Shown here piece after piece: positions 19,209-28,709 of a stretch of 64,000 nucleotides of DNA. The position numbers and the translations under genes were made by a program. The DNA is from Candidatus Moraniibacteriota bacterium (lineage in GTDB: Bacteria; Patescibacteriota; Minisyncoccia; Moranbacterales; UBA2206), in assembly GCA_963775955.1 (NCBI GenBank), contig CAVZKT010000005.1, forward strand, positions 7,422-71,421. Direction: 5' to 3'. Below the pieces are notes generated by a model. The model did no database searches and was not told the origin of the DNA. It saw nothing but the letters and a program-made list of their open reading frames with translations. Positions within the stretch are counted from its first letter, which is position 1. Every line of letters begins with the position of its first letter.

Positions 19209-20395
19209 AATTATTTTCAGCGCCGCCATGCTCGCGCAGAGCCGGCGACGTGCATATTGAACCGGGCGCAGATAAAATTAAGCATCCGTTTCCGCATTGA
19301 CGGCATTTTGCAAACCGTCGCCACTCTGCCTCTTAATGAATACCCGAATCTTCTGGGAGAAATAAAACTTTTAAGCGGCGTAAAAACCGAGGTGCGCGAA
19401 GGCGTCATCGACAGCCGCTTTACCGTTAAATTTGATGATGATATTACTGAAGTGTCAAGAAAAATCAGTGGACATCCGCGTTTCCATAATTTTAGGCGGT
19501 TACGGCGAAACGGTCGTGATGCGGCTTCTTAAGCAAGGCGGAGGTGGAATTGGATTTGAACTAAATTGGGAATCAGAAAACAAAATCTGGATAAAATTTT
19601 GGCTGAAATAAAAAAGCCCAATGGCGTGATCCTCAACACCGGTCCGACCGGCTCGGGAAAAACCACCACGCTTTATAGCATCTTGAATATTCTCAACAAG
19701 CCGGACGTAAAAATTATCACCGTTGAAGATCCGATTGAATACCAAATTGAAGGCATTCTTGCAAACTCCGGTCAATGACAAAGAGGGTTATACTTTCGCC
19801 ACAGCTCTGCGCTCGCTGCTGCGCCAAAATCCGGACATCCTGATGGTCGGTGAAATCCGCGACAACGAAACGGCGCAGGTGGCTTTCCAGTCGGCGCTGA
19901 CCGGGCACCTGGTGCTTTCCACGCTCCATACCAACAACGCCGCCGGCGCCGTGCAGCGGCTGATTAATATGGGTGTTTCGGAAACCGATATGGCTTCGGC
20001 CGTCAACGCCTTTCATCGCCCAACGCCTCGTGCGCACGCTTTGTGATTGCAAAGAAAAAATAAAACCCACTCCTGAAGAAAAAGCCAAAATGGAAAAAGT
20101 TTTGAAAACTATTTCGTCCAAAGCCGGCGTGGCAGTTCCGAAAATAAATATGATTTACAAAGCCAAGGGCTGCGCCAAATGCAACAATATCGGCTATAAA
20201 GGGCGCACGACCATCAGCGAAGTTTTTGAATTCAACCATGAACTTCAGGATCTGGTCTTGCGCAACGCCGTCACTTCCGAACTCACCGAAAAAGCCGTGG
20301 AGCTCGGCATGCTCACTATGGCCCAAGACGGGGTCTTGAAAGTCCTGGAAGGCGAGACGACTTTGGAGGAAGTGGAACGGGTGACAGACCTTTAA
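19190..20395 (+). pseudogene. second GspE/PilB ATPase module (copy 2), about 7 frameshifts, apparently fused to copy 1
   Basis: The fragments read LPELNEIIFSAAMLAQ / AGDVHIEPGADK / IKLSIRFRIDGILQ.. / VDIRVSIILGGYGETVVMRLL / [43 protein letters not shown] / [25 protein letters not shown] / [24 protein letters not shown]. No separate N-terminal domain or start codon is present. Confidence 0.8.
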
Positions 20396-20396
20396 A

Positions 20397-20868
20397 CCCA
20401 AAATTCAAAATCTCAAATTCCAAATAAATTACAATGACCAAAAACCAAAATACAAAACAATATGATTTAGAAGACAGAACTTTGGAATTTGGTAAAAGAA
20501 TAATACGCTTATCGAAAGCCCTGCCAAAAAACACTGTGAATTTTAAGTTAACCGATCAGATTGTACGTTCCGGAACATCTATGGGTGCAAATTATAGAGA
20601 AGCGAATGAAACAGAAACCAAAAAAGACTTCTTGTTTAGAATGAGAATTTGCAGGAAAGAAGGTAAGGAAACGATTTATTGGTTAAATTTAATAATCGAA
20701 GCAAATCCGGAGTTTGAAAAAAGAATTCAGCCCCTTTTAAAAGAAACCACAGAAATTGTAAAAATATTTGCGGCAATTGTAGAAAAATGCCAATGAGTTA
20801 AAACTTTTGAATTTAAAGTATTGTAATTTTGAATTTATTTGGAATTTGTAATTTTGGATTTGTAATTT
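20397..20868. repeat. about 33-nt imperfect inverted repeats bracketing the four-helix-bundle gene
   Basis: The reverse complement of the left arm (20397-20433) shares ATTTATTTGGAATTTG exactly, plus flanking AATTTTG(A/G)ATTT, with the right arm (20822-20868). Confidence 0.7.
20434..20796 (+). CDS. four-helix-bundle protein (23S rRNA intervening-sequence protein family)
   Basis: 120 aa. RSGTSMGANYREANE and ..KEGKETIYWLNLI.. are hallmark motifs of this family. Confidence 0.85.
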   Translation: MTKNQNTKQYDLEDRTLEFGKRIIRLSKALPKNTVNFKLTDQIVRSGTSMGANYREANETETKKDFLFRMRICRKEGKETIYWLNLIIEANPEFEKRIQPLLKETTEIVKIFAAIVEKCQ

Positions 20869-20933
20869 AGTCTTCTAAACAAAAAAGGCAGTGTATTTCC
20901 CTGCCTAGATTTTTTTCTACGCCTTGTGCAAAA

Positions 20934-21140
20934 TTACTCTACAATAATCTCGCCGATTATGCTTACTTTCAGATGAACTTGCCCACGGTTTGTATCGTCC
21001 ATAAGCACATAATCATTTTTTTCATCTACTTCTTTAACATGACCATACGAATAAATAGAATCCGTCTTGCCAAATACATGAATCTTTAAATTATCTGCCA
21101 TTGCTTTTTTGAGTACTTCCAAAAAACGTTTATTTTTCAT
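20934..21140 (-). CDS. small hypothetical protein (possibly Sm-like fold)
   Basis: The ATG at 21140 follows GGGGGAGGAGAAG (strong SD). The sequence KIHVFGKTDSIYSYGHVKEVDEKNDYVLMDD..VHLKVSIIGEI loosely resembles an Sm/Hfq-like beta pattern. Confidence 0.4.
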   Translation of the reverse strand: MKNKRFLEVLKKAMADNLKIHVFGKTDSIYSYGHVKEVDEKNDYVLMDDTNRGQVHLKVSIIGEIIVE

Positions 21141-21506
21141 CTTCTCCTCCCCCAAAAAATATTTTATTTTTTTGCGTTAACATTTCGCGCTATGCGTTCC
21201 ATGTTAAGCGACTATTTGCACTAATCTGCAGGCAAATCCGGAAAGTAGGACCCTCCGGGAAGGAACAATGTCGAGGCATAGCGCAGCGTGAACCGCACTA
21301 CCCATATCTGGACAAGAAAGTTCCCGAAATTGAGGACAAAAGATAGAAGCCCCCAATTGCCCACAGTTTACTGCTAATCATCGGAAAAGGCCTTTTTAGG
21401 GCACTTTTAGATGACTTGGTAGTGTAGCATTCTTTGATTTTTTGTCAAGAGGCTGTATACTAGGGTTAAAGGCCTTAATTTTAAATTCTAAATTTGAAAT
21501 TATTAA

Positions 21507-22514
21507 ATGCTAACTAACACCGGCGAAAAATCTGAAGATATTCAGCTTGATGTCACGCTAAGACCTCAGAGTTTTTCGGCGAGTATGTCGGCCAGGATAA
21601 AGTCAAAAAAAACCTGGATATCCTGATCCAGGCCGCCAAAAAAAGAAAGGAGCCGATTGAACATATTCTGTTTATATGGTCCGGCGGGACTCGGAAAAAC
21701 CACGCTCGCCAATATCATCGCCAAAGAAATGGGCGTGAATATCAAGACTACTTCCGGCCCGGCCATTGAGCGCGTCGGCGATTTCGGCTCCATCCTCACT
21801 AATCTTTCCGACGGCGATGTGCTTTTTATTGATGAAATTCACCGGCTTAATAAATCCATTGAAGAAGTTCTCTATCCGGCCATGGAAGATTTCAAGCTGG
21901 ATATTATTATCGGCAAGGGTCCGTCAGCCAGAACTATCCAGCTGGATCTGCCTAAATTTACTTTAATCGGCGCGACTACTAAATTGGGCTCGCTTTCCAA
22001 TCCCTTAAGAAACCGCTTCGGCGCCACGCATCGTTTGGAATTTTATGAAAATCCGGAAATAGAACAAATAATCCGCCGTTCCAGCAAGATTTTGAATGTG
22101 GATGTTGCCGATTCCGGACTTTCTAAAATTGCCTCTTGCGCGCGCCAGACTCCCCGCGTCGCCAACCGGCTGCTTAAGCGCGTGCGGGATTTTGCCCAGA
22201 TCAAAAACCACCCGACTGTGGACAGCGCCATCGCTTGCTTCCGCTCTGGAAATGATAGACGTAGACCGATCGGCCTTGAGCCGGCTGACCGGCATATTTT
22301 AAAAACCATCATTGAAAAATTCGGTGGCGGTCCGGTCGGCCTTACGACTATCGCCGCCGCCACTAGCGAAGAAATAAAAACCATTGAGGATGTTTATGAG
22401 CCGTATCTTTTGCAAATCGGCTTTCTGGCCCGCACTCCGCGCGGACGGATCGCCACCGAACACGCTTATAAGCACTTGGGGATTCCTTACGTAAAGCAAG
22501 AAAGTTTGATATAA
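21507..22514 (+). CDS. ruvB: Holliday junction helicase RuvB, frameshifted
   Basis: LRPQSF / [30 protein letters not shown] / [21 protein letters not shown]...DEIHRL... Shifts map to a T5 run (21572-21576) and a T3 run (21671-21673). A probable compensated pair lies at 22221-22285. Confidence 0.85.
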
Positions 22515-22521
22515 TTAATTT

Positions 22522-22746
22522 ATGATTTCAATAATTATTTTAGCTCTCTATGCCATCGTCATTCTGATTTATGTTTTGATTTCTCTTTTTATCGTTTACC
22601 ATCTGGTGCGCTTTTCCGCGGATTCGGAACTTAAATATCTAATGCTGGTTGTTTTTGTCCTGGTCGCCGCCGGACTTCTCTTGGCCAATACTATGCTGTT
22701 TTTTTCCATGGATTGGAATTCGTTAATTTCAAACTTTTTGTTCTAA
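22522..22746 (+). CDS. small two-TM membrane protein
   Basis: 74 aa with two hydrophobic helices, immediately after ruvB. Confidence 0.4.
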   Translation: MISIIILALYAIVILIYVLISLFIVYHLVRFSADSELKYLMLVVFVLVAAGLLLANTMLFFSMDWNSLISNFLF

Positions 22747-22751
22747 CTAAC

Positions 22752-23396
22752 ATGCAACTTGAAACATTCAACCTGGAAAAACACGAGGGCGAACAAATAA
22801 TTATGGTAGTCCGCCGCCACTGGTTTAATATTTTGCAAAATATTTTATCGGTTTTCATCATGGCCGCTTTTCTGGTCGGAAGCTTTCTTTATTTTCCGGC
22901 TATTTTCCCGTCGCTTTCTCAAAATATCTATAACGGACTTTTTCTTTTTGGAGAAACTGTTTTCGCCATGATTATTTGGATTATTTTTTTCCTCATTTGG
23001 ATTGATTATTATTTCGACGTCTGGATCGTCACCACCCGGCGCATCATCAATGTCGAACAAAAAGGCCTTTTTTCGCGCGAAGTCAGCGAACTGAAACTGG
23101 AAAAAATCCAGGATATTTCCACGGAAGTGCTGGGCGTAATTCCGACTTTTTTGAATTATGGCGATGTCTATATCCAAACTGCCGCCGAACAGGAAAGATT
23201 TTTATTTCGCCGCGTCCCGGATCCTTACCGCATCAAGGATATCATTATGGGCTTGCAAAAAAAACACGAGCACGAAGCCACGGAAGAATTCAAGGAAATT
23301 ATCCAGAATAATCCGGCTGAGGCTCCGCCATCCCGGAAGAATAACTTTTTGCCAAACAAAAATTTATGCCGATACAATTTGATTCATACAAATTAA
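22752..23396 (+). CDS. membrane protein with bacterial PH-like (YdbT/DUF304-type) domain
   Basis: Starts MQLETFNLEKHEGEQIIMVVRRHWF, then two TM helices, then a ..VWIVTTRRIINVEQKGLFSREV.. pattern. Confidence 0.55.
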   Translation: MQLETFNLEKHEGEQIIMVVRRHWFNILQNILSVFIMAAFLVGSFLYFPAIFPSLSQNIYNGLFLFGETVFAMIIWIIFFLIWIDYYFDVWIVTTRRIINVEQKGLFSREVSELKLEKIQDISTEVLGVIPTFLNYGDVYIQTAAEQERFLFRRVPDPYRIKDIIMGLQKKHEHEATEEFKEIIQNNPAEAPPSRKNNFLPNKNLCRYNLIHTN

Positions 23397-23529
23397 GGTT
23401 GATAAAAATAGACTTAATTTATGGATTTTATAACACATAAGACTGAGATTATTCAAGTTGCAAGGTAAAGGGTGAGAAAAGTAAAGTCAGTGTTTTTTTA
23501 TTTTGGCTATTAATCCTGTTTCTTACAGG

Positions 23530-24304
23530 ATTTTTTGGTTTTATTATCTTATTCCGCGGCTGAGAAGAAAATCTTATAATTTCAGAAATAATGTATGATC
23601 CCGAAGGAACAGACGGGGCACACTGATTGGATTGAATTATATAATCCTGCCAGATAAAACTATCGCTGTCAAAAAAGAAAACTTCGGCCGATTGATGAAG
23701 AGAATTTGTCACTGGGAAAGACGGGATTCAATAATCTCAATTGACCAATAAGATCAAGGAAGATTTATCCGCCTCGAGCCCGAAAAGAATTTGCGATTTT
23801 GGCTGACGAACGATGCGGAATTTAAAACTGATTATCTCAAGGTTACTGTTGCAATTATTGACTCCAACTATTTCCAATTCGTTCTTCCGGCCAGGAATAG
23901 CATCCAGATTTATCTCTTAATTGCTGATAATTGCGCTACTTCTATTGACGGAAATTAATTTATATAATTCGCTGAGGATGGAAAAGATAATGGTTTATAC
24001 ACTCGAAAAAATAATTTTGATGACAACGATGATGGAACTGATTGGCAGGAAAGTTATGTTCCGGCGGAACTCCGGGAGAAAAAATATTTTGAAAAGCCGA
24101 ACCTAAAGAATTATTCGGAAGAAATTTCTTTCAATGAACTTTTGCCCAAATCCATCCGAAAAGAATAACGAAGAATATCATAGAACTTTATAATTCCAGC
24201 GATGAAACGGTGAACTTAAGGCTGGATATTTGCAACGCTTCCGCGACCGGGAAAATATGTTCTTTCCAGAGAAGATTCCCTAATAGAAGCGGAGGATTTT
24301 TTGG
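23530..24304 (+). pseudogene. decayed N-terminal part of a lamin-tail-domain (LTD) surface protein
   Basis: Fragments lie in all three frames: ISEIMYDPEGTDGAH, DWIELYNPA, DDGTDWQES..GGTPGEKN, EEYIELYNSSDETVNL. There are many frameshifts and stops. Confidence 0.65.
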
Positions 24305-25508
24305 TTGTTCACAAGAAAGAATTATAAATTTTCTCTAAATAATTCCGGCAAGGAAACTGTTTTTCTTTATAATCCCGATAAAGAACTAGCTGATAAAGTT
24401 TCTTCAGCTTCAAGGCAGTCCAAAGAAAATAAATCTTATTCTTTTGACGGGGAAAATTGGCGTTGGAGCCAGTATCTTACTCCTGGCGAGGACAATCTTT
24501 TCAATAACCTGCCTATCGTTTCTTCTAAAAAAGAAAATGAAATTTATGTCGGAGTTTATGCCCAATTCTCGGCTAAAGGCAGCGACAAAGATAGAGAAAA
24601 ACTGAAATTCACCTGGGATTTCGGGGATGGGCATAAAAGTTATCTGCAAAATACCCGGCACAAATATGAAAAAATTGGCAATTATACCGCCACCCTTAAA
24701 GTAACCGACGGCAATGAAGATGTTTTTGAAACTTTTAAGATTAAAGTTAAAAAATTCCCCAAAATCAAAATTGGCGTCAAAGAAATTATGCCCAATCCCA
24801 AAGGATTGGACACAAAAGAAGGCGGTGAATACCTTGTTATTAAAAACAAGTCCGGCAAAAAAATAAATCTTAAAGGCTGGAGCATTGCCACCGGCAGTAA
24901 AAATTTATACAATCATCCGATTACCAGAGATTTCATCCTGAAATCCGGCCAAAGCAAAAAACTCACCCGCAAATATTCCAAGTTCGCGCTGGCTAATCAA
25001 AAATGCAAAATTGAAATCCGTTATCCCAACGGCAAAACGGCTTATAAATTAAAATATGAAAAAGACAAAATAGCCGATGATGAGATTTATAAAAAAGTTG
25101 ACGGGAAATGGGCATGGATCGCGCCGCCGGTTGAAAATAAATTGGCCTTAACGGAAAGTTCGGTTGAAAATACCCCGCTTGCCGCTATTGAATATAAGAA
25201 CACGGAAATACAAAATAATCTGGGAAAATATTCCGCAGAGTCCGGAGTGGCAAAAGAAAAAAGAAAATAAAATAGTTTTGGCTAATTACGCGACTGATTT
25301 GCGCCTGCCGGAAAATTTAGGCAGCCAACCCCGCGTTCTTGGAGCCTCTACTGTGCGAGATGACAGCCAATACTTCACTTTCGGCCGGCCTTATGTGCCC
25401 GACCCACATTGGGCAATCGCCTTTATAAATTACTTGGCCGAAACTTTAAATTCAGCCTTAAATAATGCTCTCAATTTTTTTCTTGAAACCGCCTCTTTAA
25501 AATGGTAA
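24305..25508 (+). CDS. PKD plus LTD domain surface protein (intact distal part; frameshifted C-terminal tail)
   Basis: LKFTWDFGDGHKS..YTATLKVTDGN (PKD) and IKEIMPNPKGLDTKEGGEYLVIKNKSGKKINLKGWSI (LTD). ORF 25164..25508 continues after a shift near 25260. Confidence 0.7.
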
Positions 25509-25539
25509 CATTAGGTCATATAACATTCAACATGAATTT

Positions 25540-26076
25540 ATGTCAGGCCACTCCCACTGGGCGGGAATCAAGCACAGAAAAGGCATTAATGACGCCAAGC
25601 GCGGCCAGGTTTTTACCAAGCATGGAAAATTGATCACTATTGCGGCGCGCAGCGGAGGAGGAAGCCCCGACACCAATTTTCAGTTGCGCCTGGTCATTGA
25701 CCGCGCGCGCTTAGATAATATGCCCAAAGAAAATATTGAGCGCGCCATTAAAAGGGGAACTGGCGAACTCAAAGAGGGAGCGCAAATTGAGGAAATAATC
25801 TATGAAGCTTACTGCCCGGGCGGAATAATGATGGTGATAAAAACCCTTACGGATAACAAAAATCGGACCGTAAGCGAAATCAAAACTATTTTGGGAAAAT
25901 TCGGCGGGAAGCTGGGCGGTCAGGGCAGTGTGATGTGGAATTTTGAGTTTTCTAATTTTGAATATAAACCAAAAAATATCATTGAAGCAGACGTTAAAAC
26001 CAAAGAGCAATACGAGAAGCTTTTGGAAACACTTGATGAAAACGAAGACATTCAAGAAATATATGACAACTTATAA
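25540..26076 (+). CDS. YebC/PmpR-family protein (short form)
   Basis: The MSGHSHWAGIKHRKG..KRG N-terminus is diagnostic. At 178 aa it is shorter than usual, with a repeat-encoded EFSNFEYKPKN segment. Confidence 0.85.
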   Translation: MSGHSHWAGIKHRKGINDAKRGQVFTKHGKLITIAARSGGGSPDTNFQLRLVIDRARLDNMPKENIERAIKRGTGELKEGAQIEEIIYEAYCPGGIMMVIKTLTDNKNRTVSEIKTILGKFGGKLGGQGSVMWNFEFSNFEYKPKNIIEADVKTKEQYEKLLETLDENEDIQEIYDNL

Positions 26077-26568
26077 AAATTTGCGGGTTTTGGGACTAGA
26101 CCCGGGAACGGCGACCACTGGCTGGGCAGTGATAGAAGAAAAAAAGGAGAGCTCTTTCCATTGGCTTTTGGCCACATCAGCACAAAAAAAAATACGCCCG
26201 AATCCAAACGGCTTTTGGAAATCAACCAGGATGTTTTGAAAGTTATAAAAAAATATAAGCCGCAGGAAGCAGCCGTGGAGAAACTTTTCTTTTTTAAAAA
26301 CAAAAAAACGATCATCGCCGTCGGCCAATCAAGGGGTTCCTTGCTCTTGACTTTGGAGAAAAATAGTGTTAAAGTTTTTGGTTACACTCCGCTCCAGGTA
26401 AAGCAGGCGCTGACGGGCTATGGGCGCGCGGAGAAAAAACAAGTGCAGCTGATGGTAAAAAATATTTTGCGCCTGAAATCTATTCCCAAGCCTGACGACA
26501 CAGCCGATGCCATTGCCATCGCTGTCTGCCATATACATAGCAGAAAAATTAACTCACATAACTCATAA
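26063..26568 (+). CDS. ruvC: crossover junction endodeoxyribonuclease RuvC, one frameshift in an A7 run
   Basis: MTTYKNLRVLGLDPGTATTGWAVIEEKK / GELFPLAFGHIST...AVEKLFFFKN..GYGRAEKKQVQLMV..PDDTADAIAIAVCH. The shift is at 26139-26145. The start overlaps the yebC-like stop. Confidence 0.85.
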
Positions 26569-26637
26569 CACACAACTCGACACTCGAATCGTAAAATTTA
26601 TTTTTAGTTTTGCGTTACGAGTTACGAGTTACGAGCT
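26556..26637. repeat. heptamer arrays forming an imperfect hairpin (AACTCAT... / GTTACGA x3)
   Basis: aactcataactcataac...gttacgagttacgagttacgag. The arms are complementary except for one A-C mismatch per unit. Confidence 0.7.
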
Positions 26638-26639
26638 TT

Positions 26640-27287
26640 ATGGAACTAAGCCCTATCATTAACTTTTTTCTCTCAGAAGGAGTGCCCTTTGGGACAGTCA
26701 TCCTGATTTTGATGCTGCCGATTATCGCCACCTTCATCGCTTTTCTGCGCCAAGTAGTGGGTATTAAAGCTTTCGGCATTTATACTCCGTTAATCATCAC
26801 CTTCGCTTTTTTGGCCACCAACGGCCTGAAATACGGCATTGCCATTTTTATCGCCGTCCTTCTTTCCGGCCTTTTAATGCGCTTTGTGCTCAAGCCTTTC
26901 CGCCTGCTTTACCTGCCGCGCGTCGCCATCATGCTTTCCGTTGTTTCCCTTTTGATTCTTCTTCTTTTGGTTTTCGGGGGCGGGCTTAAAAGGACGGGGC
27001 TCGCCGCCGTTTCTATTTTCCCTATTTTGATTATGATCACGCTGGTAGAAAAATTCGTGGCTGTCCAGATTGAGAAAGGCAGCCGCGCGGCCGTAATTCT
27101 GGCTTTCGAAACTTTGGTTATTTCGGTCGCCGGCTTTTATCTCGCCAGCTGGGGGCTGCTTATCCAGCTGCTGGCTTCCCACCCCTGGGTGATTCTTTTC
27201 ACCATTCCGATTAATATTCTGCTTGGAAAATGGACGGGTTTGCGCTTAAGCGAATATATCCGCTTCCAGCAGGTTTTAAAAAAATAA
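26640..27287 (+). CDS. polytopic (about 7 TM) membrane protein of the type usually fused to an inactive transglutaminase
   Basis: The probable start is MELSPIINFF at 26640. LRQVVGIKAFGIYTPLIITFAF and the repeated TM helices match my recollection of the 7TM_transglut-type module. No transglutaminase-like domain is present. Confidence 0.55.
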   Translation: MELSPIINFFLSEGVPFGTVILILMLPIIATFIAFLRQVVGIKAFGIYTPLIITFAFLATNGLKYGIAIFIAVLLSGLLMRFVLKPFRLLYLPRVAIMLSVVSLLILLLLVFGGGLKRTGLAAVSIFPILIMITLVEKFVAVQIEKGSRAAVILAFETLVISVAGFYLASWGLLIQLLASHPWVILFTIPINILLGKWTGLRLSEYIRFQQVLKK

Positions 27288-27296
27288 ATTAGTTCT

Positions 27297-28700
27297 ATGG
27301 CTTTTGATTTTTTCAAAAAGGGACGCCGGATCCTGGGCATGAACTCAAGAAATCTTGAATTCATCCGCCCTTTTAATCTACGGCGGGCCAAAAGAATCGC
27401 GGACGACAAAATTTTAAGCAAAAAAATTCTCAAAAAAGCGGATATTCCGGTTCCAAAATTACTGGCTAAAATTTCTAACCGTGTGGAACTGGATAATTTC
27501 GACTGGTCTTTGCTTCCGGAAAGTTTCGCGCTCAAGCCCAATCGCGGTTTTGGCGGCGAAGGCATAGTCGTGGTTTATGGGAAAAGCAAGAAGAAAAATG
27601 ACGCCTGGATTAAGGCTGATCGGTCGTACATAGCCATTGGTGATTTAAAAACGCATATTCAAAATATTCTTGACGGATCTTTTTCTCTTTCCGGTACGCC
27701 TGACGTGGCTTTTTTTGAGGAGCGACTACAGCTTTTGAAACTTTTTAAGCCATACGCTTTCAGGGGCATTCCCGATATCCGCGTAATTGTTTTTAATAAA
27801 GTCCCGGTTATGGCCATGCTGCGCTTGCCAACCAAAGAATCACACGGCAAAGCCAATCTGCAGCAAGGAGCCATCGGCGTGGGCATTGATATGGCCACTG
27901 GCATCACCACCTCAGCTATTTCCGGAAAAAATAAATTTATTGAAAAATTGCCGGACAGCCGGCTGGTTTTGAGCGGAATTAAAATTCCTTACTGGAAAGA
28001 TATTCTGGCTTTAGCCGTCCGCGCGCAGGAAGTTTCCCACTTGGGATTTTTGGGCGCCGACATCGCCATAGACAAAGAGCATGGGCCGATGATTTTAGAG
28101 CTTAATGCCCGCCCGGGGCTTTCCATCCAGCTCGCCAATTTGAGCGGCCTTAAACGAAGATTGGAGCGTGTGGCGGGGCTTAAAATAAAAACCCTGGAAA
28201 AGGGAGTGCGCGTCGGCATGGATCTTTTCGGCGGGGAAATTGAAGAGGAAGTGGAAGAAATTTCCGGGCGCAAAATCATTGGCACGGTAGAGAAGGTGAA
28301 GCTTATCAGCAAGGACGGAAAAGAAGTAGATGTGGAAGCCAAAATTGATACTGGAGCATATTCAAGCTCTATAGATACCGCATTAGCAAAAGAACTGGGT
28401 TTTGAAAACCTGCTTAATTATTTTAATTCTCTTGATTTGCCAAAAGATTTTGCCCGTGAAAATGCGCAAGGAATAATGAAGGATCTAAAAGAAAAGTACA
28501 AGCATCCAGACCTTATTGATATAGATATAATTTATTCTTCCCATGGAGTATCCGTCCGCCCAAAAATAAAAATGGATTTTATTATGGAGCAGATGATTGT
28601 TCCGGCAAATGTCAATGTGGCTGGCAGGGAAGAATTAAAATATGGAATGATTATCGGAAAACGGAATCTAGGGAAATTTTTAATTGATGTAAATAAATAA
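27297..28700 (+). CDS. alpha-L-glutamate-ligase-like ATP-grasp enzyme fused to a retropepsin-like (DTGA) domain
   Basis: The N-terminal ILGMNSRNLEFIRPFNLRRAKRIADDKILSKKIL is typical of the RimK-related ligase-like class. The C-terminus has AKIDTGAYSSSID and IIGKRNLGKFLIDV, as in RimB/Zn_protease-type aspartic peptidase domains. Confidence 0.8.
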   Translation: MAFDFFKKGRRILGMNSRNLEFIRPFNLRRAKRIADDKILSKKILKKADIPVPKLLAKISNRVELDNFDWSLLPESFALKPNRGFGGEGIVVVYGKSKKKNDAWIKADRSYIAIGDLKTHIQNILDGSFSLSGTPDVAFFEERLQLLKLFKPYAFRGIPDIRVIVFNKVPVMAMLRLPTKESHGKANLQQGAIGVGIDMATGITTSAISGKNKFIEKLPDSRLVLSGIKIPYWKDILALAVRAQEVSHLGFLGADIAIDKEHGPMILELNARPGLSIQLANLSGLKRRLERVAGLKIKTLEKGVRVGMDLFGGEIEEEVEEISGRKIIGTVEKVKLISKDGKEVDVEAKIDTGAYSSSIDTALAKELGFENLLNYFNSLDLPKDFARENAQGIMKDLKEKYKHPDLIDIDIIYSSHGVSVRPKIKMDFIMEQMIVPANVNVAGREELKYGMIIGKRNLGKFLIDVNK

Positions 28701-28709
28701 AATATACTC

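Noticed and set aside
21181-21460. Assigning the non-coding region to SRP RNA or RNase P RNA
   Set aside because: GGAAAGU and CCGGGAAGGAAC strings look superficially similar. However, I could not form the SRP helix 8 loops or the RNase P P4 pairing by hand. It is kept only as an unclassified ncRNA candidate.
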